DNA of 64,000 bases from Podarcis vaucheri. Lineage: Eukaryota. Below are positions 13,401-22,200 of the stretch, piece by piece. The position numbers and the translations under genes are program-made. Position 1 is the stretch's first letter, and every line of letters starts with the position of its first letter. The DNA lies in NCBI GenBank assembly GCA_965113315.1, contig OZ220368.1; one strand, given 5' to 3'. The notes beneath the pieces are model-generated. The model did no database searches and was not told the origin of the DNA. It saw only the letters and a program-made list of their open reading frames with translations.

Positions 13401-13781
13401 AAGAGAGTGGGGCCCTAAGCTATAGCTTGTTTAGTTTATACGTAACTCCGGCCCTGCCGAGGACGCTTGAGCCCGGCGGGCGCCTTCCTCACCTCGAAAG
13501 CGCTGTAGTCGGGCGCCGTCAGGTAGCTCAGGTAGTTCTTGGTGGGCCGGTAGCGCCGCGTCTCCTCCTCCACCAGCGCCGCGGCCTGAGGAGAGACAAA
13601 CGAGCGAAGCGGGAGACACGCAGTCAGAGGCACGCGGGGAAGCCCCACCGTCCTCGCCGCCACACCCCCTGCCCCCCGCCCCACTCACCGCCTCCCGCAC
13701 GCCCGGAGCCTCGTAGCCTTGGTCGAAATAGGGCAGGGCGTCCACGGCGACTTCGCCCGCCACCAAGCCCGGACCCGACAT
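7307..13781 (-). CDS. BCAS2: Pre-mRNA-splicing factor SPF27 (BCAS2), complete 7-exon CDS: join(13781-13689,13585-13493,11440-11370,10858-10697,9207-9157,7710-7630,7433-7307), 225 aa
   Basis: Exon lengths 93+93+71+162+51+81+127=678 nt, all GT-AG, phases consistent. Translation [53 protein letters not shown]...[11 protein letters not shown] matches recalled vertebrate BCAS2. Confidence 0.98.
7630..7710 (-). CDS. BCAS2: BCAS2 coding exon 6 ([27 protein letters not shown])
   Basis: CAG acceptor, GTAAGT donor; 81 nt. Confidence 0.96.
8527..8662. mobile_element. Short hAT-like MITE (degenerate)
   Basis: caaggcttttttt...gaaaaatagcaatg imperfect terminal inverted ends. Confidence 0.4.
9157..9207 (-). 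CDS. BCAS2: BCAS2 coding exon 5 ([17 protein letters not shown])
   Basis: TAG acceptor, GTGAGT donor; 51 nt. Confidence 0.95.
10064..10330. mobile_element. hAT MITE in BCAS2 intron 4 with perfect 8-bp TSD
   Basis: ccctactg at 10056-10063 and 10331-10338; imperfect TIR caggcatgtccaaa/tttcgacaccactg; internal tandem subrepeats. Confidence 0.85.
10697..10858 (-). CDS. BCAS2: BCAS2 coding exon 4 ([54 protein letters not shown])
   Basis: CAG acceptor, GTAAG donor; 162 nt. Confidence 0.97.
11370..11440 (-). CDS. BCAS2: BCAS2 coding exon 3 ([24 protein letters not shown])
   Basis: TAG acceptor, GTAAC donor; 71 nt; not in the ORF track, read manually. Confidence 0.96.
12744..12880 (+). mobile_element. 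CR1 3' end fragment
   Basis: ttggaggttgtgaagcagaggttggatggccacctgtc...gcagggggttggactagatgaccc, similar to 5190-5315. Confidence 0.75.
13090..13456. mobile_element. hAT MITE in BCAS2 intron 2
   Basis: TIRs cagggttggattta / taactccggccctg; 8-bp TSD ccaaggac (13082-13089) / ccgaggac (13457-13464). Confidence 0.8.
13493..13585 (-). CDS. BCAS2: BCAS2 coding exon 2 ([31 protein letters not shown])
   Basis: CAG acceptor 13588-13586, GTGAG donor; 93 nt. Confidence 0.97.
13689..13781 (-). CDS. BCAS2: BCAS2 coding exon 1 ([31 protein letters not shown])
   Basis: ATG at 13781-13779; donor GTGAGT after 13689; 93 nt. Confidence 0.97.
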
Positions 13782-14035
13782 GCCGCAGCTCCCAGCGCCC
13801 GCCCGCCCGCGCGCCTCAAACTTCCGTCGCGTTAAGATTGCGCGGCCGCCGTCTCCCCGACATCCACTTGTGCCACTGCGGCTGCGCAAATTTAGCTCTC
13901 CGGCGCGAAAGGAATCCCCTCGCGGCTCCCGGCGCCTGCGCGTGTTCGACTACACGGCCCGGCAAGTCATGCTGCTGCTCCCCCTGCAGGGCGGCGTAAG
14001 GAACAGCAGGAGCAGCAGCACCGAAATAACAAATA

Positions 14036-14256
14036 GTTGGTCTGCCATAGTCAAAATAAAAAAATTCCTTCCTGTAGCACCTTAAAGACCAACTAAGTTA
14101 GTTCGTGGTATGAGCTTTCGTGTGCATGCACACTTCTTCAGATGCACAGTGTGCATGCACACGAAAGCTTATACCAAGAACTAACTTAGTTGGTCTTTAA
14201 GGTGCTACAGGAAGGAATTTTTTTATTTTGAATATGGCAGACCAACACGGCTACCC
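14036..14256. mobile_element. Penelope-like inverted terminal fragment forming a 99-bp-arm palindrome
   Basis: Arms 14036-14134 and 14148-14246, 3 mismatches, 13-nt spacer; sequence resembles recalled lizard Penelope termini (tagcaccttaaagaccaac...cacacttcttcagat). Confidence 0.75.
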
Positions 14257-14785
14257 CTCTGTAACTTGTACGAGATAGATTAATGCAAATAACAACAGTG
14301 ATTCAAGCGGTGTATCTTTTTCAGTGCTGGAGAGTAACACTACATACCATACATACACACGTTCTCCTTTCCAAGGCCTCTGGTTAATGGGTTATTTACC
14401 CTCTTACACGTGCCCACAGCATAAATGGTGTCCCCAGCCGCTGGGATTTTTATTTTTCCCTCCTTTCAGGCCCACTTCCCCAACACAGACACCAATCCGG
14501 TTTAATCTGTTGCCATAGTGCAGTGGACTTTGCGCAAGCTCTCTATATGGTATTATTGTTTTAACAACAGACATATTTTTCACTGCACAAACCTGTAACT
14601 TTCCCCCAAAATGGTGCCCCTTTTAAGCAAAATGTATTACATGTTAACAGTGTTTTTTCTACTTCACACTGTTCAATACCAATTCTCCACTGACCAGGGT
14701 CACAGGGTCCATTTCCTTATTCTGTTACAACCCATGAGGGAAGGAGCCAAGCAGTCATAGGCTGGAGTTAAGAAATGATAGGAAC

Positions 14786-15455
14786 TGATACGGAAGGGGG
14801 GGCATGTCTTCTTCACCTCCTTCTTCGCTACAATATATCCATTTATTTCCAATTGTCAATGTCAAAAGGGACTAAAATCTATAAAATTCATAGAAAATCA
14901 ACGTGCCAATTTGCTCAATTTCTCTAGGACTCCATGACACCTCCCCTGTCCTCCATAATCCCTCAAGCAAGGTGTCAAAACCCTAATCCTGTCAAATCAC
15001 TCTGCCAAGCCTTTCCTCCGGGCAAAGCCAGGTGGCAGACCATGCATACATGGACCATTGTCTTCTCATCAGGTACTCAGGATGTGCTTATCTGCGCATA
15101 TCTCCAGCTCTGCATATTCCCCCCTCCCTCCTCCATATGTTAATCCTGCGTGACCCAACCTCTTCTTAATATATTCATGATGTAATCTGTGTAACCCAAC
15201 CTCTTCTTAATGTATTCATGATGTAACTGGGATGTATTTTGCACTGTATTCTGGGACATGGAGGGAAATTTCAAAAGTTCATGTCACCCCTTTCTCGCTG
15301 TTCAATCTTGCCTTGAACCTGTTGCGCAATAAACTTGGATCTTCTGCAGTTTGTTCCTGTCTCCGGCTGAGCTCATTTTCTTCCGCAGGGACCCGCGGAC
15401 CTAGTCCGACGAGCTGGGTGGCAGAGTAGCCCCGCACCCAGATTTTACCGTAACA
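14786..15455 (+). mobile_element. Solo LTR (ERV- or Gypsy-type)
   Basis: TG...CA ends with 7/8 inverted match tgatacgg/ccgtaaca; 4-bp TSD gaac (14782-14785, 15456-15459); AATAAA 15328-15333; 41-bp tandem repeat 15146-15227. Confidence 0.8.
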
Positions 15456-15880
15456 GAACAAGAAGCTGTTGCTGTGAGGAAACTAGTGGGCACCCAGCAC
15501 CGCTAGAGCCATAAGTGGTTCTGAAAACTGGTCTGCAAAGGGTTCTGTGCTACATGATCTCTGCTTACAGATGAGTATGGAAAACAGCTTATTTGTTGCT
15601 GGGCTCCGTTGAAAACAGCTCCATATAAACCAGGAAGTGACCACTCCAGACAGTGGAATGACTCTTCTTTTCTTATCTCTGTTAGGCAGTTGAATGTGCA
15701 TGTGTACTCCATATGTTTCCCCTCCTCCCATTCCGTTGTGTGGGCCCTGGAAACCCATGCTATGCCACTGCCACTGACCCATCAAGCTCAACAGTCCTAA
15801 CGAAAGCTCCCCAGGATTTCAGAGAGGGTCTTTCCCAGCCCTATCTGGAGAGGCAAATGATTGCAAAGCATGTTGTTTAC

Positions 15881-16064
15881 CATTGTAGCTCAGTGATAGA
15901 GTATCTGTCTTACAGAAAGGCCCAGGTTCATCCCCAGTATCTCACAATAGGACTGGAAATGCCCACGGTCTAAAACTGTGGAGAGCCAGTGCTTGTCAGT
16001 ATAGACAATACTGAGCTAGACAGAGCAGTGATCTGACTCTGTATAAGATAGCTTCTTACGTTCC
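15881..16064 (+). mobile_element. tRNA-derived SINE (Squam3-like)
   Basis: A-box tagctcagtg, B-box-like ggttcatccc, body gacaatactgagctagac...gcttcttacgttcc. Confidence 0.65.
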
Positions 16065-16411
16065 ACTGAGTGGCAGTCTTTCTCCACTCCTAGAATTGTT
16101 GTCTATAAAGCTATACAAGGCAGCAGGTTCAGTGATGTCATATTGGGGTGGTGCACTTCTGGTAACCAGTACTTCTTAGCAGATATTCCACAATATTCTG
16201 TACAAGCTGCACCTTCCAGACCTACATCCAGGCCCTTCCGTTTACAATGTTAAAGTTCTACTTCTGGCAAGGGCACAACGCATCCCTCTGGAATCCTTCT
16301 GGAAAAGCTCAGTCTTTCTGGAAAAACTAGACATGCATAGAGCACAGATGGTGTTGTTATCATTGACAGACAGGAAAAAGAGATGATCCGATACACAAAA
16401 ACACAGCATAT

Positions 16412-16448
16412 TTTATTTGAACCAGTTCCTTAAAGAACTTGGTTTATT
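16412..16448 (-). terminator. Candidate distal DENND2C poly(A) signals (two AATAAA), implying a ~2.8-kb 3'UTR
   Basis: tttatt at 16412-16417 and 16443-16448, followed on the minus strand by a GU/U-rich tract; a proximal AATAAA at 18775-18780. Confidence 0.5.
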
Positions 16449-17155
16449 ACAGATCTGTAACTGTACATATAGTTTTGGTTTCATCTAAACACCACAAAAT
16501 ATGGCTTTATCCAGAATGAGCAAACTGGCTGCAAAAACACAAATGTGCTACACAGGAGAGAGACAACCACTGAGAAGAAGTATGCAAGGTCTGAAGGAAA
16601 GTAGTTTTATGAAGATGAGGGAAAGATGCATGTTTCCCATTCAGGAGTACGCAACAGGAATTATTAAAGTGGGTTTCATACCCTGAGGGCTAAAGTAACC
16701 CAAATGCGGATATGAATAACAGAATCACAGGTGAACTCTTCTTCCTGGTCTTCTGATCAAGTGCAATAGTCTTAAGTGCTGAAAAGCTCCCACAAAATCA
16801 GTGACCAGATCCGCTTCTTCTCATCAAGAATCTAGTTCTGTAAGGGTGGAAGCATGAGAGATTCGAAACAGAATCGCAGCAATGGTTCTAAAACACGTGA
16901 AAACAGAAACTGAACAAAATCACTTCCTTTGTGTTTTGGACCCACTTGTTACAACGTGATCCTGTGCATGATTACTCAGAAGTACACACACCCCTGAGAT
17001 TTACTTACTCCCAAATTGGTGCACATGGATTTTAGCCTTAGGCTGAAATCCCAAATGCTTTCTAAGGAGCAAATCCCACTGAATGTCAAGGGACTTACTT
17101 CTGAGTAAACATATATGGGATGGGCTGTTGGCCTTGTACGACCAACTCAGGATTA

Positions 17156-17324
17156 CCGTATTTTTCGCTCTATAACACGCACCCGACCATAACACGCACG
17201 TAGTTTTTAGAGGAGGAAAATCCGTAGGCATGCCACCCGTAGGCATTTCCTCCATAACATGCACAGACATTTCCCCTTACTTTCTAGGTGGAAAAAAGTG
17301 AGTGTTATGGTGCAAAAAATACGG
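17156..17324. mobile_element. Tc1/mariner (pogo-like) MITE in the putative DENND2C 3'UTR
   Basis: TIR ccgtattttt / aaaaatacgg flanked by TA on both sides. Confidence 0.85.
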
Positions 17325-19183
17325 TAAATGTAAAAAGTTCTCTGATGTTATCCTCATATATACATTTGACATTTTGTCTTCATGTTTTTTGGCACAGCAA
17401 AAGATATATATGATCAGGAACTCTCCCCAGTGAAAGGAGCACCTTTCAGATACAGCAATAATATAAAAAACAACAACCATGAAGACCTGAAATTCATGTT
17501 TCACTCAAATCCAGAGATCAATCAGACTGTAAGGCAGAGAAAAAGCAATTTGGTACATCAGCACTCTGTACGTCAAAGGGATTCCTCGTGTGATCATTTG
17601 TTATGATTCCAAGGCTGTACAACAGTCCCATGCATTCATCCTGAGTCTACTTCCTACATGTAAACATATGGTAAAGCGCCACTGGAGTGTAGTCTTTGGC
17701 TACATCCAACAGGTCCACAGAGGCAAGAGTAACTGGAGTAGTCTAATACTGCCTTGTAAATAAGCCCTCCAAAGTTGCCAGCCCCCCCGCCCCCCCAAAA
17801 GTTACCATAATAGTCTATTGGGAGGTGGCAAAAGGATGGGGAGCTTCATTTCTATGCTGGGCATGGAGGAAGGGACTTTCCCTCCTCTAGCAACCTTCTT
17901 GGTTTCTATGCTGGGCTCAAAAGAGGGACAGGGTGCTCAGTTCCTGCTTTGCCAGCCTGCCTACAAAGTCCTTAAATACAAGGCTGGTCCAATAAGAAAA
18001 TGACATGCTGTGCCATAGTTGATTAGGGAAGTGACACAGGTATTTGGCTTTACACTCTAAACAGCTATTGGAAATAGTGTGCAAGCTACCAGGAGGAATA
18101 AGGGTACCCTAAAAGCAGATAACAACAGACCTTGGTGTAGATGAGGAAGAAAATGTTTTTGATGAATGTTCAGCTGTGGTAAATTAGAGCAATGCTTTAC
18201 AGGGAAGAACCCATTTCTATCCCACCCATTTCGCAACAAAATGCAATGGTAAGAAACTCACTTTTCTTTTCCAATAGTTCTGTATCAAACCAAAACAAAC
18301 TCATTTTAAATTCTACTTTTTGATTTTGTTTTTGTTTTTTCAAAAGTCTTCATATACCCAAATTGGGTTTAAATGGCATTTTCTTGACCAGTAAACACCA
18401 GTCTTGACTGAGGTATATCCCCTGACGTAGCAAAAGCAGGTCTGCAAAAAGGCACAGAAGTTGTATATATTTGCAGCAGGTTGAAGTTTGCAGTATAAAA
18501 ACCAACAGAACAAACAAAGAAGTGGGTGTTCTCGTCTTGCTTTCAGTATTTGAAAAACAGAAAGCTTTGAAAGACGTAAGTAAAGCCAACAGTTAATAAG
18601 AGAATGTGGCTAAACCTGGGCCAGTAACAGAGGACGTAACAAGAAAACGGATGAACAGGCCCTAGAGTACAGGTTTGCCTTTCCAGTTTTAGAGGAAGTT
18701 TCCAGTTGCAGAGAATCTCTGCAGTGCAGTATTGCCATAGGTCAGTTCCTGAATTCGTTTTTGTTTTTTTAAATTTTATTTCTGGTTCATTCCTCTTATT
18801 AAAAGGTATCAGCTTAGCCCTCAGGGCTACTTTGAGCAGGAGTCATTTATAAAAACAGGAGGGTGTAGGAAGTCTCTTCAGGCCAAGCAGCATAAACAGG
18901 GATAGTTCACACAGCTAATTGGATTCTCCTTTGTAGACCAATTCTACAAAGACACAGAAGCCTAGTTTCTCCCAGTAATAGTCCCGTTGAACTGGGCACC
19001 GCAAAGATTTGAGAATTCCACCCAGATCTGATGCCCTTTCTTCCAATTATTTGAAGGGTATCTGAGCTTGAATTCGAGTCATCCCTTCTGACGCTGCAGC
19101 AACAGGCAATGTGGCGCCCCCTTCTGACAGCCAGGCGAGAACTTGAAAACACTCTTAGCAGCAATTTTGCACTCAGCTTCTTC

Positions 19184-19215
19184 TCACTTCTTTTGCAGAA
19201 ATTTCATTTTGCTAC
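19184..19215 (-). CDS. DENND2C: DENND2C coding exon 18 (GSKMKFLQKK*)
   Basis: TAG acceptor; TGA at 19186-19184. Confidence 0.93.
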
Positions 19216-22200
19216 CTAAAAGGAAAAGCATAAAATAAAGAAAAATGGTAAGGTTGAGACATGCATGGGCATGCCTATTTCACTGCATTCATTAATCGCT
19301 TCCCATGAAACACACTGAAGCAGTCAGCCATAAAAACGTCAGCAACGAAATGTACATAGAAACAATTTAAATCCAATACATAAACAGGCTGAGATAAGAA
19401 TCTTCACTTTAAAAGCTTGTTGGGAAATGAAGGCCTTCAGCTAGTGCCAAAGAGATAACATTAATTACACTTGTCTGGAGGAAGTTCCAAAGGGGAGATT
19501 CCATCGCACCAAAAGCCAGATTTCTACATTGTACAGAAAGAACCTCAGGATGAGATGGTATCTGCACAAACTTTAGCCAGGGGGTGCTCTAAACACTTCT
19601 ACAGGGCCTACATCAGCTGTGGTGTTAAGTTTGGTGTGGATACGGGTGATTTTGACCCAAAAGTATTTTGTAAAATTCTCACAGCAAGCTTCCAAGCAGT
19701 TGGTTGCATCCTGCCCAGGGCTACATCTCACCAGCCCATTCACCGTTTGGAAAAGCTCCACTGCGGGTGCAATGGAGGCAGAGAAGGAGGCTCATTATCA
19801 AGGCTGAAAGGTTTCCTTGGTAGTTCATAGTTACACAAATTACAAGTGACCAAGGCAGCCAAGAACAAGATTGAGCATTATTTACCCAGACTACGGAGGA
19901 TTTTGTTCATCCCACTTGGCTCAGACTCTGGAATGGTCTCCAAATACTCCAAGGCACGGACTTCAAACAAGCCTAGAAAAAAGGAAAGCATCACTTAGAC
20001 ATGCATCTCTCTTTTGGGATGAAGTTTCAAACAAGATTACACATAGGAAAGCCCACATGTGCCCCAAAGAAAGGAAATACCCGTACATTGCCTAAAAGGG
20101 ATGAGTGCATGGATGCAGCCAGGCATCCTGTTCATAGCCTCTTATTTTGGGTTGGAGATGCTCTCACCTTCTCCAGCCTTTACCTCCTCCATGGCAAAGG
20201 AAAAGTTCAGCTTCTTAATTATTTCCCGGTGCACTACCCAGGCAGTTGGTACAAGAGCTGGAAGAGAGTCTGAAGGTTTTCCATCACCTCCAATTCTGGT
20301 ATTAACTTAAGTGAAGGGAAGGGGCCTCTTCTCCTGTCCATCATGCTGACAGCTACCTGTCTAATTCTTTAATAAAGTAAAGCCAAGCCAGCCTTATTGT
20401 TTGAAGGCATTTGAATTTCATTACAATCTTGTTTAAAAGTTAAACAGTTTATCTACAACTCCTTGGAAGTGTGGATAAGCCTTGACCCCACTTCCCTAGA
20501 ACTAAATAAAGAATGCTTTTGGGGAAGGCAGCAAAGGAATGTCACTGTCTCCAAGCTGAGAACCTGGAGGGGCTCACAACTGAAGGCAACAGCACCTTCC
20601 CAATCCCAAAAGAAGAGCACAGGACATTCTGCAGGCACAAAGTAGCTCTGCATTTCTACCATTTTCACTTGGTTTATTTTAATCAATTTTCAATGAACAT
20701 TTCCAAAACACAGGGTCATTTTTTTTAAATCACCATACGCAATAGGTAGGGCCAAGAAAATAAATGGCCATCCAAAACAAACGTGTCCCTCCAAAATGAG
20801 GAGAAAGCAGGTGGTCAATGGTTCTGGTTACCTGCAGTAGCAAAACATTTTAGAAGGTACCAGATATTGAAAAACAATCCAACTTGGATTCCCCTTTGGC
20901 TGTTTTAAATTCTTGTGCAAGTACCACAGTTGTTCTACACAAAACAAGAATAAGGACTGGATTTGGCAAGCATCACCTTTAACCCCGCTCTTCCGTAGCT
21001 CTCGATCCTGTATGAAGCCAGCAAACATTTGCGTCTCCATGAAGATGTCTAGGAAATGGCGCACATTGCGGGAGGTGTGGGACTTCCGGAAGGGATCCCG
21101 CTGAAACACCCGCTCTCCTTTCTCAGTGACGTGCATGTGCAGGGAGTAGTGCCCCACAATCTCCACGAAGAAGCGCACAAAAGCCTCTGATACCAACAAG
21201 TCCAGAGTCACATCACCTACCAGAAGGCACAGAAAAGCAGTCACATCTCAACCTTTGGAGAGATCAACCTCGACTTCGTTCCCAAAGGCTATGAAGGGAC
21301 CACGCATCCTATTGGGTGGGTCAGAGCCTAAATCTCTACCTACATATCTCTATTTAAACAGATATAACGAAACTTGGCACATAGCTCAGGATGTCAACAG
21401 CTTCAGTGGGTACAATAACTGCACTTTTAATGGGGAGCTAGGTAACCATCAACATGGATGTGCAGCAGTAAGGGTGGGTCTGGGAATCCAAACAGCTACT
21501 TCTCTGTTGCCAAGCAGTAGGATGCGTGTGCAGTTTGCTGGAAGTGGGAAGCACTGTGCATGTGCTTTTCCCAGTCACCGTTTCCCCACTGCAACCTCCT
21601 CTCCTCCCCATTGTCCCTGGGGAGTTAAAGCCCCTTCCTGACACTTTTTCCTCTGCCAACCACTTTCCCCACTTTGCCACTTTGCAGTGGAGATGTCTGG
21701 AGATTTCCACACCACTATATTTTCATGGGTTTCTGCTTTCTCATTATTATGATTATTTTATTTTTTAAGTTTTCCAGTTTTACAATTACACCTTTTTTCC
21801 TATTCTTACACAATAACTCTGCTTGACTTCCCACCCAGCATTCTATGACAGTTCTTTTTACATCTTGCTTAGCTGCATATACATTAATTCCTTCACCTTA
21901 TTTTCCACACTCTCATATTTTTCATATTATCAATCTACATCTGAGGTCAGTTTTTTGTAAATATCCCCTCTAGATACTCCCACTCACTCCTTTCTTATTT
22001 TAAATGTCATACTGGTAAGCTCTGCACATTCAATTAGTTTGTATAGCCATTGTTCTTTCCCTGGGGTCTCTCTTTGTTTCCAGTATCTTGCATCTACTAC
22101 TATCCTTGCTGCTATTGTTGCATATAAAAATAGGTTGTGGGCTTTCTTTGGTAACTCATTCCCAATTACACCTAGAAGAAATGCTTCTGTTTTATTGGAG

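Larger units (their letters stand above)
13445..14030 (-). promoter_or_regulatory. BCAS2 CpG-island promoter with NRF1-like (13932-13941) and ZNF143/THAP11-type ACTAYRNNNCCCR (13949-13961) motifs
   Basis: The only extended CpG-dense non-TE segment in the window; covers exons 1-2; contains gcgcctgcgc and actacacggcccg. Confidence 0.85.

Noticed and set aside
13355-14085. Long + strand ORFs (214 aa, 101 aa) over the BCAS2 5' end
   Set aside because: Antisense shadows of a GC-rich CpG island; low-complexity Pro/Arg content, and one starts inside a MITE
15146-15227. Tandem 41-bp repeat as a CRISPR-like or satellite array
   Set aside because: Only two abutting copies with no spacers, in vertebrate DNA, inside an LTR
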